Source: Mobula hypostoma (Eukaryota). Taken from it: DNA of 64,000 nt. A program made the translations under genes and the position numbers. How positions within the stretch are numbered: position 1 is the stretch's first letter; every line of letters begins with the position of its first letter. The notes beneath the pieces are model-generated. The model ran no database searches. It worked only from the letters and a program-made list of their open reading frames with translations, and had not been told where the DNA came from. Of this stretch, positions 1-12,403 are shown piece by piece. The stretch lies in the NCBI RefSeq assembly GCF_963921235.1, contig NC_086097.1, positions 152,150,001 through 152,214,000 of the forward strand, read 5' to 3'.

Positions 1-147
1 TGATACTGAAGATTATTAATTATAGAATTTCTCTTACTTAGATATTAGTTTTATGTGTGAGAAGGTCAAGAATGGGTGCAGAGGAGGTTTACAGGAAGAA
101 CAAATCTCCAATTTTGTGAAAAGACTGAAGGATCAGGGATTGGATTC

Positions 148-3100
148 AGAAACAAAGAAACATTGATACATAGAAATATAGGAAACCTACACCACAATAC
201 AGGACCTTCAGGCCACAATGCTGTGCCGAACATGTACTTACTTTGAAAGTACCTAGGGTTACCCATAGCCCTCTATTTTTCGAAGCTCCATGTATCTATC
301 CAAGAGTCTCTTGAAAGACCCTACTGTATCTGCCTCCACTACTGTCACCACCAGCCCATTCAACGCACACACCACTCTCTGCATTTAAAAAAAAACTACC
401 CCTCAAATCTCCTCTGTACCTACTTCCAAGCACCTTAAAACTGTATCCTCTCGTGTTAGCCATTACAGCCCAGGGAAAAAGCCTCTGACTATCCACACGA
501 TCAATGCCTCTTATCACCTTGTACACCTCTATCAGGTCATCTCTCATCCTCTGTTGCTCCAAGGAGAAAAGGCCAAGTTCACTCAACCTATTCTCATAAG
601 GCATGCTCCCCAATCCAGGCAACATCCTCGTAAATCTCCTCTGCACTCTTTCTATAATTTCCACATCTTTCCTGTAGTGAGGTGACCAGAACTGAGCACA
701 GAACTCCAAGTGGGGTCTGACCAGGGTCCTATATAGCTGTATCATTACGTCTCGGCTCTTGAATTTAATCCCATTGTTGATGAAGGCCAATGTACCGTAT
801 GCTGCCTTAACCATACAGTCAACCTACGCAACAGCTTTGAGTTTCCTATGGACTTGGACCCCAAAATCCCTCTGATCCTCCACACTGCCAGGAGCCTTAC
901 CATTAATACTATATTCTGCAATCATATTTGACCTACCAAAATGAACCACCTCACACTTATCTGGGTTGAACTCCATCTGCCACTTCTCAGCCCAGTTTTG
1001 CATGCGATCAATGTCCCACTGTAACCTCTGACAACCCCCCACACTATCCACAACACCAGCAATCTTTGTGTCATAAGCATATTTACTAAACCCATCCCTC
1101 CACTTCCACATCCAGGTCATTTATAAAAATCACAAGGAGGAGGGGCTCCAGAACAGATCCCAAGGCACACCACTGGACACAAACTTCCATGCAGAATATG
1201 ACCTGGCTACAACCATTTTGCTTTCTGTGGGCAAGCCAACTCGGCATCCACAAAGCAAGGTCCTCTTGGATCTCATATCTTCTTACTTTCTCAATAAGCC
1301 TTGCATGGGGTACCTTGTCAAATGCCATAGACACCACATCTACTGCTCTACCTTCATCAATGTGTTTAGTCACATCTTCAGAAAATTCAATCAGGCTCGT
1401 AAGGCATGACCTACCTTTGACAAAGCCATGCTGACTATTCCTAATCATATTATGCCACTCCAAATGTTCATATACCCTGCCTCTCAGGATCTTTTCCATC
1501 AACTAACCAACCACTGAAGAAAGACTCACTCTTCTATAATTTCCTGGGCTATCTCTACTCCCTTTCTTGAATAAGGGAACAATATCTGCAACCCTCTAAT
1601 CCTCCAGAACCTCTCCTGTCCCCGGTGATAATGCAAAGATCATTGCTAGAGGCTCAGTAATCTCCTCCCTCACCTCCCAGAGTAGCCTAGGGTATATCTC
1701 TTCCAGTCCTGATGACTTATCCAACTTGATGCTTTCCAAGAGCACCAGCACACCCTCTTTCTTAATGTCTATATGCTCAAGCTTTTCAGTCCGCTGTAAG
1801 TCATCCCTACAATTGCCAATGTCCTTTTCCGTAGTGAATACTGAAGCAGAGCATTCATTAAGTACCTCCGCTGTCTCGTCCAGTTCTATACACACTTTTC
1901 CACTATCACACTTGATTGGTTCTATTCTCTCACATCTCATCCTCTTGCTCTTCACATACTCGTAGAATGCCTTGGGGTTTTTCTTTAATCCTGCTCACCA
2001 AGGCCTTCTCATGGATCCTTCTGGCTGTCCTAATTTCATTCTTAAGCTCCTTCCTGCTAGCCTTACAATTTCCTGGTCTTTTTGAACCTTTCGGTAAGCT
2101 TTTCTTCTTGACTTGATTTTCAACAGCCTTTGTACACCATGGTTCCTGTACCCTACCATCCTTTCCCTGCAATGTACATATGCAGAACTCCACACAAATA
2201 TCCCCTGAACTTTTGCCACATTTCTGCCATATATTTCCCTGAAACACCTGCTCCCAATTTATGCTTCCAAGCTCCTGCCTGATGGCTTCATATTTCCCCT
2301 TACTCCAATTAAATGCTTTCCTAACTTGACTGTTCCTATCCCCTTCAAGGCTAGGTTATACTTATACTTTATACTTTATTGTCGCCAAACAATTGATACT
2401 AGAATGTACGATCATCACAGCAATATTTGATTCCTCACTTTGCGCTCCCTGGAGTACAAATTGATAGTAAATATTAAAAATTTAAATTATAAATCATAAA
2501 TAGAAAATAGAAAAATAGAAAGTAAGGTAGTGCAAAAAAAACTGAGGGGCAGGTCCAGATATTTGGAGGGTATGGCCCAGATCCGGGTCAGGATCCGTTC
2601 AGCAGTCTTATTACAGTTGGAAAGAAGCTGTTCCAAAATCTGGCCGTATGAGTCTTCAAGGTCCTGAGTCTTCTCCCGGAGGGAAGAGGGGCAAAAAGTG
2701 TGTTGGCTGGGTAGGTCGTGTCCTTGATTTTCCTGGCAGCACTGCTCCGATAGCGTGTGGTGTAAAATGAGACCAAGGACGGAAGATTAGTTTGTGTGAT
2801 GTGCTGCGCCATGTTCACGATCTTCTGCAGTTTCTTCCGGTCTTAGATAGGACAACTTCCATACCAGGTTGTGATGCACCCTAGAAGAATGCTTTCTATG
2901 GTGCATGTATGAAAATTAGTGAGGGTTTTAGGGGACAGGCCAAATTTCTTTAGCTTTCTCAGGAAGTAAAGGCGCTGGTGGGCCTTCTTGGCAGTGGACT
3001 CTGCTTGGTTGGACCAAGTCAAGTCACCTGTGATATTGACCCCAAGGAACTTAAAGCTTTTGACCTGTTCCACTTGTGCACCACCAATGTAAATGGGGCC

Positions 3101-4501
3101 GTGTGGTCCGCTACTCCTTCTGAAGTCAACAACCAATTCCTTCGTCTTGCTGACGTTGAGGGATAGGTTATTGTCTTCACACCATGCCACCAGGTTCTTA
3201 ATTTCCTCTCTGTACTCAAACTCATCATTACCCGAGATATGGCCTACAATTGTGGTATCATGAGCAAACTTATATATTGAGTTCGATAGAAACTTGGCTA
3301 CACAATCATGTGTGTACAGTGAGTACAGCAGGGGGCTGAGTACACAGCCTTGTGGGGCATCAGTGCTCAGAGTGATTGTATAGGAGAGGAGTGATTAAAG
3401 GAGATAGAATTGTGATTGCCATCTCCAAAATGTTCTCCCACTGAGAGACCTGACACCTGAGCAGGTTCATTTCCCAATATCAAATCAAGTACAGCCTCTC
3501 CCCTTGTAGGCTTATCTACATATTGTGTCAGGAAATCTTCCTGAACATACGTAACAAACTCCTCCCCAACTAATCCCCTTGCTCTAGGGAGATGTCAATC
3601 ATTATTGGGGAAATTAATATATCCCATCATGACAACCCTGTTATTATTGCACTCTTTCAGAATCTGTCTCCCTCTCTGCTCCTGGATGTCCCTGTCACCA
3701 CTGGGTGGTCTATATATACAGTAGGGTTATTGACCCCTTCCTGTTCCGAACTTCCACACACAGAGACTCAGTAGACAATCCCTCCATGTCTTCCTCCTTT
3801 TCTGTAGCCATGACACTATCTCTGATCTGCAGTGCCACGCCCCCACCTCTTTTGCCTCCCTCTCTGTCCTTTCTGAAACATCTAAAGCCTGGCACCCTAA
3901 TTATCCATTTCTGCCCCTGAGCCATCCAAGTCTCTGTAATGGCCACAACATCATAGCTCCAAGTACTGATGGATGCTCTAAGCTCATCCGCTTTGTTCAT
4001 AATATTCCTTGCATTAAAGAAGACACATCTCAAATGATCAGTCTGAGCGCAATCTTTCTCTATCACCTGCCTATCCTCCCTCTCACACTGCCCACAAGCT
4101 TTCTCTATTTGTGAGCCAACTGTCCCTTCCTCCGTCTCTTCAGTTCAGTTTCCACCTCCCAGCAATTCTAGTTTAAACTCTCACCAATAGCCTTAGCAAA
4201 CGTCCCTGCCAGGATATTGGTCCCCCTTGGATTCAAGTGCAACCCATTCTTATTGTCCAGGTCACACCTGTCCCAAAAGAGGTCCCAATGATCCAGAAAT
4301 CTGAATTTCTGCCCCCTGCTCCAATCCCTCAGCCACACATTTATTCTCCACCTCACTCTATTCCTATACTCAGTCACGTGGCACAAGCAGTAATCCTGAG
4401 ATTACTACCCCTGTGGTCCCTGCTTCTCAGCTTCCTTCGTAACTCCCTGTAGTCTGTTTTCAGGACCTGCTCCCTTTTCCTACCTATGTCATTGGTACCA
4501 A
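148..4501 (-). mobile_element. CR1 LINE, 5'-truncated and degenerate (end of ORF1 esterase, APE, RT, 3' UTR), interrupted by a Rex1 insertion at 2359-3394
   Basis: Minus-strand ORF fragments appear in CR1 order: RINVWLRDW...LDHWDLFW (ORF1 end), FFNARNIMNKADEL...VAITETW (APE), QHGFVKGRSCLTSL, AFDKVPH, LYRTLVRPHLEFCAQFWSP, ERVQRRFTRMLPGL. The 3' tail is made of TTCTATGT-like repeats (acatagaa on +). Many stops and frameshifts. Confidence 0.95.
2359..3394 (-). mobile_element. Rex1/Babar-type non-LTR retrotransposon, 5'-truncated, nested in CR1
   Basis: ORF WCEDNNLSLNVSKTKELVVDFRR...VKSFKFLGVNIT...KKAHQRLYFLRKLKKF (RT C-terminus/DUF1891-like). The minus strand has an AATAAAG(TATAAAG)n-like tail. 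The host CR1 resumes at 3395; TTA flanks both sides. Confidence 0.88.
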
Positions 4502-4689
4502 TTTATTGAAGTAGTAAACCAAAAGCAAGCTCTTCTAAATTATGAGTTACTCTCATGAACTAGATGGTGAAAGACATCTTCCTTTGTTAAATGGACTGTC
4601 AAAGGAATTTGACAGATTTAAGGATACAGTGACTGCGGTCACACAAAGGATTTTGTCGTCATATTTTGCTCTTGATTAAAAACTCAGTG

Positions 4690-5837
4690 GCAATTTCTCA
4701 GTTGGTCATGTTGTGGATAGTGTAGAAGGTTATTGTTGGTTACAGCAGGATGCAGACTGGATGACGAAATGGGCAGAGGAACGGTGAATGGAGTTCAGTC
4801 TGGAAATGTGTGAAGTGATCCACTTTGGAAGATTGAACTTGAAGGTTGAGTACAGGGTTAATAGCAGGATTCTTTGCCGTGTGGAAGAACAGAAGGTCTA
4901 TGGGTCTAAGTCCATTGATCCTTCAAAGTTGACATGTAAGTAGATAAGGTGCTTAAAAAGGCATATGATGTATTGGCTTTCATTAGTCGAGGATTGAGTT
5001 TAAGAGCTAAGAAGTAATGTCGCAGCTCTATAAAACTCTGGTTAGACCAAATTTAGTGTATTGTATTCAGTTCTGGTCACCCCAGAATAAGAAGGATGTG
5101 GAAGCTTTAGATAGGGTGCAGAGGAAATTTAACAGGATGTGTTTGGATTAGAGAATATGTTTTATGAGGAATGGTTGAGCAAGCTAAGGCTTTTCACTGT
5201 GGAGTGACAGAGTATGGAAGGCAACTTGATAGAAGATTATATGGTAGAGTGGACAGCCAGGGCCTTTTTATAGACAATAGGTGCAGGAGTAGGCCATTCG
5301 CCCCTTCGAGCCAGCACCGCTATTCACTGTGATCATGGCTAATCATCCACTATCGGTATCCAGTTCCTGCCTTATCCCCATGACCTTTGATTCCGCTATC
5401 TTTAAGAGCTCATCCATCTCTTTCTTGAAAGCATCCGGAGACTTGGCCTCCACAGCCTTCTGGGGTAGAGCATTCCATATATCCACCACTCTCTGGTTTT
5501 TATTCCCGCCCCCCTCCCCCCCCCCCCAGGACAAGAATGGCCAATACTAGAGAACGTCCATTTAAAGTAAGTGGAGAAATTCTCAGAGATATGTCAGAGG
5601 TGGTTTTTAAACAGAGTAGTGGGTGTCTGGAACACACTGCTGGGGGCAGTGGTAGAGCCTGATACAATAGGGAAATTTAAAAGACTCTTAGATAGACATA
5701 AGGATGTAAGAAAAATTGAGATTGAGTTGTGCAAGAGGGAAAGGTTAGATTGATCTTGCAGTAGATTTAAATTGGTCAGCACAACACCATGGGCTGAAGA
5801 ATTTGTACTGTGGTGTACAAGTTCTTCCATATTCTAT
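4690..5837 (+). mobile_element. Older CR1 3' fragment, interrupted at 5272-5496
   Basis: Degenerate CR1 RT C-terminus (tgtgaagtgatccactttgga, ctctataaaactctggttagacc, RVVGVWNTL) and a 3' UTR ending ttctatg. Confidence 0.85.
5272..5496 (-). mobile_element. Short CR1 3' end with 7-bp TSD
   Basis: QRVVDIWNALPQKAVEAKS on the minus strand. TTTTTAT occurs at 5265-5271 and 5497-5503. Confidence 0.85.
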
Positions 5838-7319
5838 GAAATCATGTTCCATAAAGGCCAACAGTGGCTTACAAATTTTATTTATAAATGTCATTCTAGC
5901 AATTGGAAAAAGGCAAACTTAGATGATTGAAGAGCCAAAAGGGAACCGAAGAGAAATTTTTTTACATGATGTTGACAAGATTTGAAAATGCGTGAATGGT
6001 GGAGTGTGATCCCATAGGAGCATTCACAGGGCAATTTAACATATACTTGAAAGGGACGGAGCTGAAGGTTTCTAGTGACAAAGGTGAGTCATAGAGTGAA
6101 AATCTGAAGTGCAAGGGAAGGCAAGATTTAATGTCCTACTACAACTAGGCTTTTCATTGCATTTTGAGCCCATTTTAATAAAGCTTTTCCATAATTACTC
6201 AAAATGATTTTACTCTGGATCCACAAAAGGTATTCAAGAAAGGTTGCTTGACCCATGCCTTTAGGATTTATTGATATATAGACCCTCATACAGAGAGAAC
6301 ATTCTGGAATAATACTCTATCCAGTGATCTTAAGATTTTATTAATTAACTTATATATCTTTGGATTAACTGGTTTCAATATCTATAACACAATTTCTTAG
6401 ACATTAAGGAAATATAAAGACTGACAAGGAACAAGTGGTAAATGGTTGGTTGCATGAGTAACCATTATGTTTCCAGTTATTATTATCTGAACAGCATGCG
6501 TGGATGATTGGGGTATATCACTGACATGACACCAATTACTGATCCTAGGAAGAGCGTTTATAGTGGAATTGTTTCATTGATTATGTACACTATGACGAGT
6601 AATAAAGTTATCTACCATTCACGAGAGTAGCCCCCCACACCCCACCGAGGATTATAAGTTTTCTTCTTATTTAAGGCTTTTCTTCCATAACACCTAAAGT
6701 ACTAAACTAATGTCTGGAAATACAAGTGAATGGTGGAAAAGCTAGAAGAAAATCATAAGAGTTTTTGGCAATATGAGGAAGAGTACTCTTAAGGATTTTT
6801 GTCATTATCAGATAGAGTTGAAAACATTTTTCAGTTGTCTCCCTAGTTTAGCAGGATTTTTAAACCTAATTGCTATTACATGATTTATCTCAACCTCTTA
6901 TTCTTTTCAGCCTTGGGGCTGTAGCTTTGATTAATAAATGTCCAGGTCTTTTTCAAGCCACTAGCATCACATAATTTGTAGAAAGCAAGTCATTAGCAAG
7001 GTATGTGCATTTGAATGAGTACTTTCTTTCAACAGAGTTTACAATGCAAAGGAAAGGTTGCTCAGCCCATCATTTCTATGACATGTTTCCCATTTATATA
7101 CCTCCATTTGTCTTTATTTATTACAGGGATTGTTTCTTTCGCAATTTCATGGTCCATTCTTCCACAAGCACTCTCACTAGTCTTATGATACTTACCCATA
7201 AAATCACAGGAGATGCGGCAGCTGCCCTGTTACCTCTTCCTCTCGCAACCTAGCCTCATGATATTACATATATTCCCGTTGCCCTATACGCCCTACCCAC
7301 CATCCTCTCTGCAAACATA

Positions 7320-7391
7320 CAGCACTGTGCAAAAGTCTTAGGCACCCTAGGTAAACTGTATATATGTGTCTAAGGTTTTTGCATAGTACTG
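7320..7391. mobile_element. Tc1/mariner-type mini-MITE (72 bp)
   Basis: CAGCACTGTGCAAAAGTCTTAGGCAC ... GTGTCTAAGGTTTTTGCATAGTACTG are imperfect 26-bp inverted repeats flanked by TA on both sides. Confidence 0.8.
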
Positions 7392-7393
7392 TA

Positions 7394-7665
7394 GGTTAGC
7401 GTGAAAGGTAAAATATTTAAGGAAAACTTGAGGGGAAATTCTTCACTCAGAGGGTGGTGCAAGTGTGGAATGAGCTGCCAATGGAAGTGGTAGATGTGGG
7501 TTCAATTAAAATATTTAAGAGAGGTTTGGATAGGTACGTGATTGAGAGGGGCATGGGGGGGTGGGGGCTATGGTCCAGGTGCAGGTAGATGCGACTCGGC
7601 AGAAAAACAGGTTGGGATGGACTAAAGGCATGATTCTGTGCAGTGTGCCTCTCTTGACTCTGACC
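7394..7665 (+). mobile_element. CR1 3' end fragment
   Basis: ttcttcactcagagggtggtg...tggaatgagctgcca (FTQRVV..WNELP) followed by CR1-like 3' UTR. Confidence 0.75.
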
Positions 7666-9032
7666 CTGACCCTCTTGGGGACACTGAAGATCTCTTAATA
7701 CTTCCTGTGAATCCTCGAACAACCTACAAAGTCTGCAGTCATAGCTTTTACTTGACACCTGACTTTCTCAACATTCTGCATTGCCGAGCCGGCCTGAACT
7801 GCTGTCATCAGTTATGCACTGCTGTTGAACAGTCAGGGTAGCCTGAGCTATATGGCACTGCAGAATAATTGATTCTGTAACTCTGATATCCTTCCTGCTC
7901 TTATATCCTTTCATCCAAATTAAAGGTTGATGATAAAGCAGTTTCAATGGATACATTATTTTTCACTTAATATGTAATTAAACCCTGCATTAGACTGTCT
8001 AAAATAATGAAATAACACATTTCTTATTTTATAAAAGAAAGTTGAAATTTCAGAAAGATCTCTTACACAACAATTATTTTAAGAACTGTGCAGTGTTTGT
8101 TCCTTGGGACATTACATATTCTCAAAGCACAGCCAACAGGGTGAAGGCAGGTCTTGCCACTAGCCATTGACTATATTTTAAGCCAACACATATCAGCTTT
8201 GACTCGTGCTTGCTGTATATTTCCCCTGAATTTAGCATTATTTCTGGGTTGTTCTGTTAAAAGCAGAAAGCATGACTAAGTCAATAGGGGGTTTAAAAAT
8301 TGTTTTGACATTTAAAGACTTTTTCTAAGAAAGGTTGAATGGAAATAGGGGGGTATTTTCAGTAGGCAGAGAATGTGTATCTGGAAGGATTTGTAGTCTG
8401 TGGTTAATAATTGCCATGAAAGATCAAAGAGAGAAATAATGACTCTCAGTTCTTCAATATGATAGGCCAGAGTGTGAAAAAATCTGGCCTGGGGTAGAAT
8501 CCAGCAGATGAGAAGATACTTGAGTTTGTAGCTTTAGGAAGTCATCAGTCACAGTGAATTAAATAACTATAAAACAATAACTCCTATCTTCCTGTGGGCT
8601 ACGAGAATCATAAATGTGCAGTGACATAACCCCCTGCATACTATTACAGGACCTTTCTCATCCATCAGCCAATCCTAACTCAGGGAACTTGCCAGAATGT
8701 GATGTAATTGCTTATTAATTGACCTTCTGTACCCATTCAGAAATGTGTCTGTTTAACCACTTGTCGATTGTGCAGTGAAAGCCATTTCAGAATACTGTTT
8801 CATATAATTTATATCACAAACTGTACAACATGACACTATTCACATGGCACACGCAGCCAGCATCCTTTGGAAATATGTTCATGTCTCAGAAGTGGAGGGC
8901 AGCTGACAGCTACAAGATAAAGAGATTTTATTTTTAATTTTAGAGACAATGTTACTTTCTGCTGGGTTGGCTGAAGCTGATGGAGAAACAGGCAGATTGC
9001 TATGCTGTTCAAAAGAAAGGCCAATGAATGGT

Positions 9033-9160
9033 AACACGAGGAAATCTATCTCTTTTTTCAGTTAGTCCTGATGAAGGGTCTCGACGCGAAACGTCGACTG
9101 TACCTCTTCTTATAAATGCTGCCTGGCCTGCTGCGTTCACCAGCAATTTTTATGTGTGTT
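9033..9160. mobile_element. Penelope-derived mini-insertion (inverted 3' end plus hammerhead segment) with 13-bp TSD
   Basis: GCCAATGAATGGT occurs at 9020-9032 and 9161-9173. The interior matches the PLE terminus at 42465-42575. Confidence 0.85.
9064..9100 (+). ncRNA. Minimal type I hammerhead ribozyme motif (stem II damaged)
   Basis: AGTC CTGATGA A GGG TCTCGA CGC GAAAC GTC GACT: intact catalytic core boxes, stem I AGTC/GACT, palindromic ACGT stem III. Confidence 0.75.
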
Positions 9161-9319
9161 GCCAATGAATGGTGATTGGCCATTTGTCACTTCAAGGGCT
9201 AAAATCCAGCAGTAATCTTTGAATGGAATACACTTGTAATTAACACCTTCAATGACCTTTTCCTTAGTTACCTACACTTCTGAATGAGCACTTGAATCAC
9301 AAAGACATTGTAAACTTAA

Positions 9320-9786
9320 AGCCCAATTTATACTTCTGCGTCAAATATACGCCGTAGATACTGTGTACTCTTCGCCGTAGGGTGACGTGCACCTCCGCAA
9401 AAATGTAACTCGCGCATCGTGGCGACGCAGATTGCAACAACTGTGATTGGTCCACTTGGTAGCATCGCATTTCCTCCTACGCATTTCCGGTTGCTTTTCT
9501 CCGTCTTGTCTGTACACTGATGTGAAATAAATGGTTGGAGATGATGAATCAAATCGTCAAATCTACCTGCCGACATCCGAAAATATTTGAAATGCATTTC
9601 CTCGTCCATGTCTCTCATGAAGAAACTCAACACAGTGGCATAGAAACCCCACTGCCAACTAGCGTTTTGGCGGTGAATTGCAGAGCGACGCAGACACAAC
9701 TACGCATACTCGCTATGGCTCAGGGCTACGCAAAAGTATAAATCAGGCCTACAGTGTAGCCCGTACACACAAGTATAAATCAGCCT
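9320..9786 (-). mobile_element. PIF/Harbinger internally deleted DNA transposon
   Basis: Terminal inverted repeats (TIRs) AGCCCAATTTATACTT / AAGTATAAATCAGCCT match at 13/16, with TAA on both flanks. The minus ORF contains [26 protein letters not shown], like the N-terminal FRMS motif of Harbinger/HARBI1 transposases. Confidence 0.85.
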
Positions 9787-10829
9787 TAAGGCAAAGTGCT
9801 GGCAAAATCAGCTCAGTATAGGTTCGTACTTAATGGTTGACATAAGATAATGGATCAAAGGGCCTGGTTTTGTGCTATATGACCATGACTTGATGACATC
9901 TAAAGTGGACTTCCAAATACTAATGTGAATGCAGTTCATTAATGTTCTGTACAGAAGAGAAGCTACCATGCTTACCTGGACTGGCTAGCATGCAACTTCA
10001 ATCCTGTACTATTGTAGTTGTTTCTTAAGTTTCCTTTGAGGTGGTGTAGGAAGCTCATGGTTATTCTAATTGTAATCTAAATATTATAAAACCAAATGAA
10101 CCAATTAACACCAACTTTATATATAAAACAATTGCTACATTTGGAGCATATCAGGCAGCTCAGACTTCAACATTCATGAGGATCTGTGGTCCATAAGAGG
10201 CAGTAGGATTGTACTTCACTTCAATCTGCAATCTCATATTTTGACATGTTCCTTATTTGCCATGTTGCTAGGAGATTACTACTGTGGAAGAATATACTGG
10301 GGGCAGCAGTAAACATACTTCAAAGTGATGATCCAGCCTGTGAATCCACAACATGAGATTAAAATACATACTGCTGACAGAATTATGCAATTCCAAAGTC
10401 AATTGATACATCAAAGATTGCAGTCCAGTCACATCCATTAATAAGTTTGCAGTGGGCAGTTAACTCGCTGATGAGATGACCAAGGTGCATATATATCCCC
10501 ATATTCAATAATGATGAGAGCTGTTTGAATGACAGTTGTGATGGTACTGTGGCACAGACACCAGTGCTGCTGTCTCATCGCCCCATCATTACTGACCTTC
10601 AGTGTTGTCTGTGAAGAGCATGCATGTTCTCATGTCCTATATTCATCGGCCTGTGTTCAGTATGAAGTGAATGGGTGGCATTTAGAAAGCACTGCCGTGG
10701 CTGTGGCAGAGGTGGTTTCCATTGTAGCACTGCTTACCTGTAAGTATGTGGTGGATGATGGGTTCCTCTTGGCCTCTTGGGTTAATTGACTAACTAGTAA
10801 GCTAGTGAGTAGTAGAATCTGAAACCCCA

Positions 10830-11210
10830 GAGAGCTGTGAACACAGCTCAGCACATCACGGAAAAAAGCCTCTTCTCCAAGGACTCTGTCTTATACGTCT
10901 CACTGTGTCAGTGAAGCAGATAACATGATCACAGACCACTCCCACTTTAGTCATTCCCTTTTCTCCCTCCACCCATTAGGTAGAAAATACCAAAACCTGA
11001 AAACATCAGGGCTCGAGGAAGGCTCCTATCCAGTTATAAGACTATTAAACGGTCCTCTAGTATGATAAGATGGACTCTTGACCTCACAATCCACCTAGTC
11101 AAGGCCTTACACCTTAATTTATACCTGCTGCACTGCATTGACTGTGTAATTGTAACACTTTATTCTAATTCTTTTATTGTTTTCTGTAATTGTTTTATCC
11201 TCTTCTCCTG
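10830..11210 (+). mobile_element. Old Rex1/Babar 3' fragment
   Basis: gtgaacacagctcagcacatcac...cattcccttttctccctcc matches the C-terminal region of the Rex1 copies at 2588-2818 and 57200-57280. Confidence 0.6.
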
Positions 11211-11738
11211 TAGCTTTGCAAGATTTCCCACACAGCGTATTGTATTGATGCAATGTGACAATGGAATCCAAATCAGTCACAGCCACAGGCATTCCAAACT
11301 CCACTCATTCACATAATGCAGATGATATGCTCTCAATGAAGAACAACTTTATTACATCCTATTTTCCTGGTGCATCCCATCTACAAAACTGAGGATTAAC
11401 ACAATCTGATCAATCACCCCCACTCTCATTCATAAGTAAAGGGATGGAAACTTATTTGCAGTGTCCTCAAGTAGCACCCTCACATTAATTATGCCTTCAG
11501 TGTTGCTTAGTTTGAGTTTTGCCAGGATCACATCATAATCGAATTAGTCCAAATATGTACAATAATAAAACTGAATTCCACTGTTAAAGTGACTGTCTGA
11601 TTTCCTGCCAACAGCTAATCATTATTATAGTTGTTCAAAGCTGGTTATCAAAGCTCCAGCAGATTATTGCGAATATTTTTCAGTGCATTGTCCCGGATCT
11701 CCCATTTAATGCTGCTACATCAGATCTTTCCTTTAACA

Positions 11739-12318
11739 TGAAACACTCTGGTTGAGTCGGCTGCTTAAATCTAGGGAAGACCATCTCTAGCTCAGCCAGA
11801 CATGTAACATTGAGGCTCGAGCCCACGCCAAAGCCCCCTGTTTGTTTGAATACAGTGTGATTCGTTACTTTGTTACAACTAAGTGCCACAAGAAAACAGA
11901 CGGTACACCGTACACAATTAAAAGATTTAGCTTTATAATTCTTAATTTGACTAAAGGGTTAGTAAAAAAAGATTAAAACAAGAAAAGGGCCCATTTTAAT
12001 GAAACAATCTAATGTGCACAAGTTGGAGCTCATGGTTTCCCCTTCACCAATCCTCCTTTGATCTCCCCCCGGGCCTTGTCGAATCACGACGCCGCTCCAG
12101 GACGTATCTTATGACCTCTTCTCTCTGCCGTCTTCTCTTTTCATCTCCTTAACAAAAGCCCCAAACCCAACTTTAGTATCCCTCACCAGAGAAACCGCCC
12201 TTTAATCTGGCCATCCTAATTGGGTGGCACACAATTCTCTTATCTTCAACAGTAACCCAAACAAGCAGCTTGCACAGAACAGCACAAATGAAATACAGAA
12301 CAGCATAACAGTAAAAAT
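11739..12318 (-). repeat. Gypsy 3' LTR (inner ~25 bp and polypurine tract deleted)
   Basis: Direct repeat of 17809-18390, starting TGAAACACTCTGGTT on +. It lacks the GAACCAGGGCATTATTACA terminus seen in the other LTR. Confidence 0.9.
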
Positions 12319-12403
12319 AGTCATATCCTCATGACTTTGAAATAATTTGTCATCCCGTCAATAACAATAACATTTTCAAAGGAATTTCGTGATGTCAGAA
12401 CCT

